Positions 55,616-64,000 of a DNA stretch of 64,000 bases are shown here, one piece after another. Positions within the stretch are counted from its first letter, which is position 1; each line of letters opens with the position of its first letter. The stretch covers positions 992,001-1,056,000 of the forward strand of contig CBDCTJ010000007.1 in assembly GCA_965222115.1 (NCBI GenBank). Direction: 5' to 3'. Under the pieces are notes generated by a model. The model ran no database searches. It worked only from the letters and a program-made list of their open reading frames with translations, and had not been told where the DNA came from. Source of the stretch: Planctomycetota bacterium. GTDB taxonomy: Bacteria > Planctomycetota > PLA2 > JAEUHO01. The position numbers and the translations under genes are program-made.

Positions 55616-58600
55616 ATGTCGACACCGGACGAGGAAGAACTCGGGGCCTTCTTGGATCGATGCGCCGGTAACTTGGCGAGTCCGCCAAATGTAGACGATG
55701 CAAGCGAAGGAGAGCGGCATGCAGCTCGAGTCGCAAGTGCGTTTCGCTCGCTGCTAGCAGACGGCGGCGAATCACTTGAGGCGCTGCATGGCGACGAGCA
55801 GGTGTTCGTCCCTCCGCTTCCCGGGGACTATGACGTCATAAGCGAAATCGGGCGTGGGGGGATGGGCGTTGTCTATCAAGTACGGCAACGATCCTTGCCT
55901 CGCGTTCTCGCGATGAAAGTGCTGCATCCAACCACGCGCATGTTTCACGATGCCATTGTGCGATTCAAACGCGAGGCGACGCTGCTTGCTCGACTGCGCC
56001 ATCCCAATATTGTGAGCATTTACGACGTGGGAGAGGTGGATGGGCACGTCTACTTCACGATGGAATGGATCGACGGTGAGCCACTCGATACGATTTTGGA
56101 ACAGGGCCCGCTATCGGCTAAGCGCGCAGCGCGCCTCATGCAGCAGGTGGCATCGGCGGTGGACTATGTCCACGAACACGGGCTCATTCACCGGGATCTC
56201 AAGCCCGCCAACATCATTGTGGATGATCAAGACGTTGCCTACGTCACGGATTTCGGCCTTGCAATGGAACTCAATGCCGATTCCACGTTGACGCTCACGG
56301 GCCAAGTTGTGGGCACGCCGGCCTACATGAGTCCCGAACAAGCACGCGGCGGCAGCCATGCCGTCGACGAACGAAGCGATGTGTATGCGCTGGGCGTGAT
56401 GCTCTACGAGTGTGTGACGGGAAAGCGTCCGTTTCGTGAAGACTCACCCGCCGAACAGGTATATGCCGCGATCCATCGCGATCCGCCCACACTCAGGAGC
56501 ATCGATCGTCGTGCGCCACGGGATCTTGAAGTCATTACTCAAAAGGCGATGAACAAAAGCACCGAGGCGCGTTACGCGTCGGCATCGGCGTTTCGCGATG
56601 ATCTGGATCGCTATCTCGCCGATCGTCCGATTCGCGCGCGCCCGCCGCGGTGGACCTATCGCATAGGGAAATTCCTGGGTAGGCATCGTTTTGGAATCAC
56701 CGCCGCGGCGATGCTTTTGTTGGTCGGCGGCGCACTCTGGTGGCACATCGCGCAGCGAGAACGGGATCGATCCTTGGATCTCAATCGTTGGATGGCGTTT
56801 GCCAAAGAGCGCAGCGACGCGGGGGATCACGGTGCGGCTCGTCGATCGCTAGAGTACGCCTGGGAACAGTCCAGCGAGAGAACCGATGCGCTCTTTGATG
56901 CACGTACGGATGCGCGGTTTGGCCACGTTCAGGTGCTATGGCGAGATAAGCGGCTGAAGGACGCAGACCGGTTATTGTCCCGGATCGAACGCGATGCCAC
57001 GGAGCGCTACGGTGAGCAATGGAATGATAGGTCTCGATTTGATGTCTATTGGGCGCTCGCTGGCGTCGTGGAGAAGTCTACTTCAGAGAACGTGAATGCG
57101 CTGCATTGCCGCATTTGTGAGTGGGTGCCTCCATTGCGGACGCTACCTCCCGCACCCGCCGACTCTGAGCAACAGCGCATTTCGCCGGAGGCCGCGGCAA
57201 CTAGTCTCCTGATGCGCGTCGCACTTGATCAGTGGAAGCAGGCCGAGGCGTCTTCACGCCTTACCGCAAAGGTGATCCTCGGATCTCCACCCGCGTTTGA
57301 TAGTCAATCATCTCACCGTGTGCGGTGGCTGCAGAACGTGGCTGACGACGAATTCTTCCATGGCCTTGCCATGTTGCTGTCGACCTACGTCGATCCGAAG
57401 GTGGGCATTGACGATTGGGCTCGTGAACTCCTCGGGATGCTTGCGCTGTCAAACGCGTTGATCTCGGAGCTAGAGCTCACTCGTTTGCGTGCCGGACTTC
57501 GTCTATTGATGTCAAGTTCCGGCGACTTCGTCGTTCAGAAGGCCGCAGCTTGGGTCCTTTGCCAACTGCAGCGTATACCCCTGGAACCCGCATTTCGGGA
57601 TCCGAGGGTCAAGCAGGCCATCGAAGATCTGGATGTGGAGCACGTGCTTGCGCTCGATAGGACCCTTCTAGATCTTTCTCCCGGGCGAGCCTTTGAGCAA
57701 AGAAACGAGATCGCTGCCGAGTCGCTTATTGAGGCGACGCGACGCGGCCGCGAACCCCATTTGGGTCGTGATGCCTCTAGGCGCTGGCTCCTGGATCGAA
57801 CCGGTTTGACGTTGCCGGTGGAGGGGAAAGGTCGTGAACCCGATGCTCGCGCCCTTGAGCAGTGGTGGTCCGAAGTGAAGGCAATCGAACCCAAGCAACG
57901 ACTTGCATTGGCGCTCCGCGTAAACGTGCCGACGAGCAGGGAGCAGGCACGCACGCTCCTTCGAGAGTTCTCGACACAGCACGAGCAAAAGCAGCGTTGG
58001 CTAATAAATCTCCTCACGGTCGCAAACGTCTTAGATGAGAAGGCCCCACTCGTACTGCCAATTCATCTCCGAAGTACGAAGTCTTGGTACAGAGCTTGGG
58101 CGCTGCGACTTCGGCCAGCGGGGGAGGCGTACCGCGTTCTGTTGCAGGACGTGTTCTATCGTGACGGTGCATGGCACCTTGGTGAGACGCGCCAATCGTG
58201 GAGGCCACGGGGCGCCCTGATTCCACTTTCCGTTGACTACGAATCGATTACAGCCAATAGAGTCATGGTCAATGTTGGTGTGTCTCTGCCTGGCCTGGGC
58301 GCGCTGGGTCACCGCCGGGTACTAAAGTTCGCCTCGCTTCACGACACCGGGGTCAATGAATTCGGAGGCAGCATTCAGAGTGTCGTGACTAGTGGAGGGG
58401 TATTCAGTTCCGGCGGAACCATCTCTCGAACGCAGACTGCTGGCGGCATTACGCTAGCAACGGGATTCGTGTCGTCGCCAGATCTAAGAATCAGTGGAAT
58501 GAGCATTCCTGACCACTTCAGGCATCAATTCACCTTGGCGCTGCCAACCACCCAGAGCGAGTCGAGTGACCCGAGAACGCTCGACGACTGGAAGCAGCGC

Positions 58601-60079
58601 CTCGGGAACAATCTTGCGTTTCTCGCGAAAGGGATCACCGAGAGTGCCGCAGAAGCAAATTCTCCTCCTCTTCGATTCATCGCAGACTACTTTCACACCA
58701 TTCGAATGCAGTGTGCACTAGCCGCGCGATTTCCTCTGCCCGAGGCGATTCCTCACTTGGTTGTGATTCAGCGTGGTTCAGAGGCGTCACGGCGACGTCG
58801 CTATCCCGCGAGTGCGGACACTCATCAAATCACGGCCGCCTTTGCGAGGCTCATGGCTGGCGATTTACATGCGCTCGATGAAAAGGACACGCTGTCTCTG
58901 TTGGAGCGCATAGATGGAAATCGACATGGTGCCGATCTCGCTGTTGGGCGTTCGGGTGAGTCTTGGGCGCGCCTCGCCATCTCAACGAAACACGAACCCA
59001 TTCGCGAGTATGCGTTCGAGCGTCTGCGCGCTTGTTCCACGATCATGCCGAGCGCTGCCGGCGATCTGTTAGATGCTATGCGCGCCGGAGCACTCTCCGT
59101 CCCCGACTGGCTCGCGAAACGAATCAAGGAAGGTCCTACGGACGATCGGACGCTCCTTGGTCTCCTCAAGAAGTCTCTATGGATCAGCGTGGCGGCGGTT
59201 CTGTTCTGGTTGGCCACCCTGTGGACACTAGCGCGAGTCCTCGTAGGCGATCGCACGAAGGGACACGGCATCGTTCCGTCGGCACTCCTCGTTGTCTTTG
59301 GCGTGTTGATGGCGTCTGTTGACGTTTTCTACATGGGCACCGACGTGTTGTCCGATATTGCCGGGTATGCCCTAGCGGCGTTTGGTTGCTACAGGCTGGG
59401 GACGTTGAGCCAAGGAAGGCGTTCCTTGCGTTCCGCGAGGAGCTTCGCGATTGCCGGTCTGGCGATGCTCGTTGACCGGTGGATCACGCCCGTGCCTGCG
59501 TTGACGTGGCTCACGTTCGTTGCTGCCACGTCCGGCGTGATCGGATTGTATTGGCTGGCCAGCTATGTGCGCGGAACACCGAAGCTTAGTGCGACGCACT
59601 TGCCGGATCGACCCTCGGCTGCCACTAGTCCTTGGGTCGGGCGAATCGCGCTCATCACTGTGTTGGCGATGGTGCTGATGCTGATGACGATGACTGCGTT
59701 TGCTACCCCTCAGGGCGTTGGGTCTACTGGTTTTGGGTCGTTGTTCATTCTGATTGTCATCCTGACCCTTGCCTTGATTATTGCATTCATCGTGTCAGGC
59801 AAATCGCACCGTGCTTCGCTTCGAGATACGGATCGCGCGGTCGCTCGAATTCCCTTGTTGTTCCTGTTCTTCTACGTTCTTCCCTGCACGCTCGTTGCCG
59901 TGGCATGGCTAGTGGTGTTGACGGCGTCCAGCGAAAGCACGTGGTCAATCCGAGTCAAAGAGGCAACGGCACCGCTCATGCTCATTGCCTTATTGTGTGT
60001 CTTCGCGGCACTCGCACGATTGCTGCGAGCCGCGCGGGTACGAAAGGCGTACGTCCGGTATCGGGCGAACACGGCTTGA
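55616..60079 (+). CDS. Large membrane Ser/Thr protein kinase (Hanks type)
   Basis: IGRGGMGVVY, AMK, HRDLKPAN, DFGLA, GTPAYMSPEQA, SDVYALG; one TM after the kinase and many C-terminal TM helices. ATG abuts the sigma factor's TAG. Confidence 0.93.
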   Translation: MSTPDEEELGAFLDRCAGNLASPPNVDDASEGERHAARVASAFRSLLADGGESLEALHGDEQVFVPPLPGDYDVISEIGRGGMGVVYQVRQRSLPRVLAMKVLHPTTRMFHDAIVRFKREATLLARLRHPNIVSIYDVGEVDGHVYFTMEWIDGEPLDTILEQGPLSAKRAARLMQQVASAVDYVHEHGLIHRDLKPANIIVDDQDVAYVTDFGLAMELNADSTLTLTGQVVGTPAYMSPEQARGGSHAVDERSDVYALGVMLYECVTGKRPFREDSPAEQVYAAIHRDPPTLRSIDRRAPRDLEVITQKAMNKSTEARYASASAFRDDLDRYLADRPIRARPPRWTYRIGKFLGRHRFGITAAAMLLLVGGALWWHIAQRERDRSLDLNRWMAFAKERSDAGDHGAARRSLEYAWEQSSERTDALFDARTDARFGHVQVLWRDKRLKDADRLLSRIERDATERYGEQWNDRSRFDVYWALAGVVEKSTSENVNALHCRICEWVPPLRTLPPAPADSEQQRISPEAAATSLLMRVALDQWKQAEASSRLTAKVILGSPPAFDSQSSHRVRWLQNVADDEFFHGLAMLLSTYVDPKVGIDDWARELLGMLALSNALISELELTRLRAGLRLLMSSSGDFVVQKAAAWVLCQLQRIPLEPAFRDPRVKQAIEDLDVEHVLALDRTLLDLSPGRAFEQRNEIAAESLIEATRRGREPHLGRDASRRWLLDRTGLTLPVEGKGREPDARALEQWWSEVKAIEPKQRLALALRVNVPTSREQARTLLREFSTQHEQKQRWLINLLTVANVLDEKAPLVLPIHLRSTKSWYRAWALRLRPAGEAYRVLLQDVFYRDGAWHLGETRQSWRPRGALIPLSVDYESITANRVMVNVGVSLPGLGALGHRRVLKFASLHDTGVNEFGGSIQSVVTSGGVFSSGGTISRTQTAGGITLATGFVSSPDLRISGMSIPDHFRHQFTLALPTTQSESSDPRTLDDWKQRLGNNLAFLAKGITESAAEANSPPLRFIADYFHTIRMQCALAARFPLPEAIPHLVVIQRGSEASRRRRYPASADTHQITAAFARLMAGDLHALDEKDTLSLLERIDGNRHGADLAVGRSGESWARLAISTKHEPIREYAFERLRACSTIMPSAAGDLLDAMRAGALSVPDWLAKRIKEGPTDDRTLLGLLKKSLWISVAAVLFWLATLWTLARVLVGDRTKGHGIVPSALLVVFGVLMASVDVFYMGTDVLSDIAGYALAAFGCYRLGTLSQGRRSLRSARSFAIAGLAMLVDRWITPVPALTWLTFVAATSGVIGLYWLASYVRGTPKLSATHLPDRPSAATSPWVGRIALITVLAMVLMLMTMTAFATPQGVGSTGFGSLFILIVILTLALIIAFIVSGKSHRASLRDTDRAVARIPLLFLFFYVLPCTLVAVAWLVVLTASSESTWSIRVKEATAPLMLIALLCVFAALARLLRAARVRKAYVRYRANTA

Positions 60080-60140
60080 CGATAACGCTTCTACCTGTTC
60101 GGAGATGGAAGTGTGATCGCTCGGTGTTTCACTGAGGGGC

Positions 60141-61859
60141 GTGAGAAACGAACAAGCAAACTCCTTCCGTACCCGAGTCCTCGCTTGCGCGCTGATTTTG
60201 TTGGCGTGTCTCTTGTGTCGTCCAGCGCCAGTGCACGCCAAGTGGGGCGACGACATTAATGCCGGTGCGGGACCGCGATTGATCGATCGCATTCGAACCG
60301 GTTTGAAGAATGTGTTGGATACGCCGGAAGATCGGCGGGAAGAAGTCATCGCGCGTTTTGTGGACGTACACGCCGAGCCGCATACTGAGTCGCTCAAGCG
60401 CTTTCGTAACCCTGAGTTCAAGGCGCTCTTTGTGCGCATGCTGAATCATGCATCCTGGAAGATCAAGCATCGCGCGCTCTTTGCGCTTGAGTACTATCGT
60501 GATCCTGGAGTGTTGAAGCATGTATGGCCCTTCCTCGAAGACAAGGAGGCTCGGCTTCGTGAGAAGGCCGCGATTACGACCATCAAGTTATGGGGTAAGG
60601 GTGCGCCTAAGCCGCCGAAGTCGATCGAGTCGTTGCTTGAGGTTGAGAAAGACCTTCATGTGCGTTCATGTCTGCACGCGCTTCAGGCGCGCATGAGCGG
60701 CAAGCTATATGTGGAGCGCGTCTACGATGAAGTGCTCATCGATCTCGACGGTGGACTGAAGATCACACCGTTTGTCAGCGGCCTTGCGAGTGCCAAGAGT
60801 TCCGTGCCGAGCTACAAGGCCAATGTGCAGTCGCGCTCGGGTGGTGGCAGCGCGACAAAGTTGCCCGCGACTTCGCGCTGGACCACGCCGCTCTTGGGCT
60901 ACGGCGATGAAGAGGTCAAGGGCGCGTCGTTACAGCCGTTTGCCAACTTGCGCGGTGGCGGCAAGACCTATCACACCGGGCAAGACGTGGGCGCCTCGCT
61001 TGATGGGGCGGGTTACTACGCGCCCGCCGATGGCATTGTCCGTTTGATTCATACGGGCAGCGACATGGGGACCTTGATCGTTGTTGAGCATCATCTTGGC
61101 GATAAAGGCCTCGTGAATGGCGTCTACATGCACGGCGGCGATACGGTTTTCGTGAAAGCAGGCGACAAAGTGACGTGTGGGCAGCTACTGGGCACCATGG
61201 GCATGAGCTTTAGCATTGAGAACGGCGGCCACTATTCCCATTTACACTACGGTATGTATCCCGGTCCGTTTTCGATGACGCATAACTATGGGTACAAGCC
61301 GGTCAAAGCAGGGCTTGCGGACTGGTACGACCCGGCCAAGTTCCTGCCTCTTTGGATAGAACGAACGGCGCCGCTCATAAACGAGTTTCTTGGGGCGCCC
61401 AAAGAGCTCGCAGGCATTGCCAAGCTCATCCGCGAAGGTGCCCACGGGAAGGCCTACGCCCTGCTCCACTTGTCCATGGATTCGCTGAATGGAGACAGTG
61501 CCAAGCGCGTGGGCGAGGCAATGAGAATCGCGCTGGAGTTAGTTCCAACCGCTGCAATGTCTCGTGCCACTACACTTCGTGGCAAGGGCTATCCTAAGGA
61601 GGCGCTACGTGTCCTGGTTGATGTGGGCGCGCGTGCAAAGGGCATTCCCGGGATCGGTTCACTGACGGAGACGTCCAGTACCTGGAAGAAGGACAAGGCC
61701 TTCAAAGCCGAACTCAAGGCCGAGAAGGCGTTCAAGAAGGCCGTAAAATCCGCCGCCGAGCAAAAGGACGCAAAGAAGCGCGACGCGATTTGGAGTAAGG
61801 CACTCAAGGCGAGCACCGGTACGCCCGTGGAGCAGCGAGTCAAGGAGAAGATGAAGTAG
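60141..61859 (+). CDS. Secreted HEAT-repeat plus M23 metallopeptidase protein
   Basis: Signal peptide; HEAT-like helices; HTGQD, Y.H, V..G..LGTMG, HLHY. Confidence 0.85.
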   Translation: MRNEQANSFRTRVLACALILLACLLCRPAPVHAKWGDDINAGAGPRLIDRIRTGLKNVLDTPEDRREEVIARFVDVHAEPHTESLKRFRNPEFKALFVRMLNHASWKIKHRALFALEYYRDPGVLKHVWPFLEDKEARLREKAAITTIKLWGKGAPKPPKSIESLLEVEKDLHVRSCLHALQARMSGKLYVERVYDEVLIDLDGGLKITPFVSGLASAKSSVPSYKANVQSRSGGGSATKLPATSRWTTPLLGYGDEEVKGASLQPFANLRGGGKTYHTGQDVGASLDGAGYYAPADGIVRLIHTGSDMGTLIVVEHHLGDKGLVNGVYMHGGDTVFVKAGDKVTCGQLLGTMGMSFSIENGGHYSHLHYGMYPGPFSMTHNYGYKPVKAGLADWYDPAKFLPLWIERTAPLINEFLGAPKELAGIAKLIREGAHGKAYALLHLSMDSLNGDSAKRVGEAMRIALELVPTAAMSRATTLRGKGYPKEALRVLVDVGARAKGIPGIGSLTETSSTWKKDKAFKAELKAEKAFKKAVKSAAEQKDAKKRDAIWSKALKASTGTPVEQRVKEKMK

Positions 61860-61863
61860 TCGT

Positions 61864-64000
61864 TTAGCGCCCCGTCGTGAAACTCCAACGAATCGTGCCG
61901 TGGCCGGGCACATGTGTGGCGGTTACGTGGTATGTGGTGCGGGACTTGAGGCGCTGCTTGGGAATCAGGCAGTAGGCACCGCGAGGTGCCAGTTCTGGGT
62001 TCGTGGGTTTGTCTGGTGTCGAGTAGTGACAGGGTACGACATCGCCGGTTACGGAACCGACTCGTAGCGACATCTCAATGGGCGGGTCCACGCGTTGCCA
62101 ATAGATCTGTAGTGTGATTGGGTAGCCCCACGCTGTTTGATCCTCTCCCGGCACGGGATGGGGCATCTCGCCGGAGGCGAAATGGGTTGGCAGTGCTCTG
62201 CCGTTACGCGGGGGCCACACAACAACGTGCGGTGCTTGGACGTCGATGCGTAGGGAAGAGGTGTCGAGCACGGCAATGCCCTTCTTGAACCCGTAGCCGA
62301 CATGGAGCAGCCCGGGATCGAGCAACGGCAGTCGATGATAAAACGTGCCCATCCACCAATCGAGGGCCTGCTTGGTGTCACGAGCGCCTGTTGCGATGAC
62401 ACTGTTCTTTGCGGCGCGCGCACCTTCCTGCGTAAAGCCCTTTTGTCCTGGAACTTCGGCATGAATGTCGGGCCACTTCGATGCTTCGTCGGGGTGCAGC
62501 AGTAGGTAGGCCGCATGATTCTTGGCGCCTTCGCAAAGTGCGCGATCGAGCGTGAGATCCTCCGGTGCCTTTTGACGGGCGTCGAATGACTTGCGCCGAA
62601 TGCCATTGAGGTAGGCCAGCCACGCAGCCGTATCCTTTGGGTTGCCAAGGTCCGGCTGATCCAGCCGCTCGGCGAGCCCTTCGTTTACTCCGAGTAGCCA
62701 CTTATGAAAGCGCTGCTCAAATTCAGCGAGCGATGTGCCAAGCGCCTTCGCCATTGCGGGCGGGATTTCGGCGCTCGCTTGCTTTTTCGTTGGACGCGTC
62801 GCCATCACAACCTTCAAAAATTCGCGGTTCTCTTGGAGATATTCCGTAACTACGGTGGTCTTGAGCAGGTTTACGCCGCCAATGTCAACGTAGTCATTGA
62901 GCATGGCGCGTGACCACGCTGGAGCCTCACCGCGTTGTGTGGCGTAGCGCAGCCACGCGCGCGTACCAAATAGGCCCGCGCTCGACAACACCTTGAAGTA
63001 CTCGCGTTCGCGTTCATGGGCGGGCGAAGCCGTCGTGGGTTTGTGCTTTTTGCCTTGATCGATTCGATTGAGTCGAGGCATGGGGACGCCGAGGTATCGC
63101 AGACAGAGCCAGTTGACGTGGCCACGACCGAGACAGGGCTGAATGCGGCGACCGTACAGCGCCCACTCCGAGTCCCGCCAGCAACACCACATGACCATGG
63201 CGTTCTGACTGACTTCCACCTGTGGACGCGACACGACGGTGTTGTCTATCCAATGGAAGTCCCATCCCTTGATGACATTCGATGTCTTCTTGTCGATGGT
63301 GCCCGCTTGTTCCGCGAGTTTGCGCCAGCGGTCGAAGTCGTCTCGCTCATCCAAGATCACGATTTCGGGGCGCCCGCGTTCCTTTGGAACCTTGATCTCT
63401 CCGGTGTCAAACCAATGCGACAGTGCCATCATGCGTACGCCGGTCGTTACGAGACGCCGCAGTCGTGCTTCGTTGGTCTTGTGGGCCTCGATCACGACGG
63501 GCCCAGCCTCGAGGCGCACGCCCTTCTCGCCATAGACCTGTACGATGGTCTTGTTTTGGCTGACGCTCGTCTTGATGTCCACCGACAACGCTCTTGCACG
63601 CATCAATGCGTGTTCGATTTCGTGCGATCGCGTTCGTTGCGCGTCGCCCTTCTTGGTGAACCACATGCCTTCACGCTTGATATGGCCGAGCAGTTTGTGG
63701 GCCTCGTCTTGATTCGCGGAGAGACGGATCATGATCGATGCGATCGTCCGCTGCTTGCCTTCGTCTTTGGTGGCATTCAGCGTTCGTGCGAGCGACTTGT
63801 TTAGCTTACGGAGTCGTTCGGCAAGCTTGGGTGCATATGCAGCGCGCGACGTACTTGTGTTGCCCGCTTTCCCGACCGCGGCTTCTATCTTTTTGCGAAT
63901 TCGATCCGGCGTATTCGCGTCCTTCAGAATCCCCAACAACAAGTCAGCATCCGCCGCCCGCCCTTTCGCCGCGAGTTCCTTGGCAACTTTGCCGAGTTCT
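61864..64000 (-). CDS. CAP (SCP-like) domain protein, 5'-truncated by the window edge
   Basis: LN.IRR...L...A.NHA.Y...H.E...WMGTFYHR..LL.P...VGYG; the frame stays open to 64000. Confidence 0.85.
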   Translation of the reverse strand, partial: ELGKVAKELAAKGRAADADLLLGILKDANTPDRIRKKIEAAVGKAGNTSTSRAAYAPKLAERLRKLNKSLARTLNATKDEGKQRTIASIMIRLSANQDEAHKLLGHIKREGMWFTKKGDAQRTRSHEIEHALMRARALSVDIKTSVSQNKTIVQVYGEKGVRLEAGPVVIEAHKTNEARLRRLVTTGVRMMALSHWFDTGEIKVPKERGRPEIVILDERDDFDRWRKLAEQAGTIDKKTSNVIKGWDFHWIDNTVVSRPQVEVSQNAMVMWCCWRDSEWALYGRRIQPCLGRGHVNWLCLRYLGVPMPRLNRIDQGKKHKPTTASPAHEREREYFKVLSSAGLFGTRAWLRYATQRGEAPAWSRAMLNDYVDIGGVNLLKTTVVTEYLQENREFLKVVMATRPTKKQASAEIPPAMAKALGTSLAEFEQRFHKWLLGVNEGLAERLDQPDLGNPKDTAAWLAYLNGIRRKSFDARQKAPEDLTLDRALCEGAKNHAAYLLLHPDEASKWPDIHAEVPGQKGFTQEGARAAKNSVIATGARDTKQALDWWMGTFYHRLPLLDPGLLHVGYGFKKGIAVLDTSSLRIDVQAPHVVVWPPRNGRALPTHFASGEMPHPVPGEDQTAWGYPITLQIYWQRVDPPIEMSLRVGSVTGDVVPCHYSTPDKPTNPELAPRGAYCLIPKQRLKSRTTYHVTATHVPGHGTIRWSFTTGR

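Overview
64 kb of a ~60% GC bacterial chromosome, probably Planctomycetota (inferred from the planctomycete-type ECF sigma factor/Ser-Thr kinase pair and many secreted orphan proteins). It is mostly housekeeping: groES/groEL, a large PFOR, glutamate dehydrogenase, rlmI, nadE, RNase D, pruA, elbB, apbC, speA, ribBA, livKHMGF and queC. The most notable structure is non-coding. Two small accessory islands lie between convergent housekeeping genes (PFOR><gdh at 10.6-13.9 kb and speA><ribBA at 41.7-44.4 kb) and are built from the same modules. These are a ~600-nt non-coding element (two copies, inverted relative to each other, roughly 75% identical by hand alignment, almost gap-free), a 38-bp head site found three times that brackets or follows orphan ORFs, a ~30-bp junction motif found three times, and a 61-bp cap next to the right-hand gene. 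A complete group II intron (11713-13636) has inserted exactly into one junction motif, and the two empty copies define its boundaries and match its EBS1 loop. No recombinase or transposase for these modules is encoded in the window. Other observations are REP-like GNA-loop hairpin clusters, a candidate 6S-like RNA, a recurrent leaderless-transcript signature and several proteins with atypical motifs. All alignments were done by eye and need computational confirmation.
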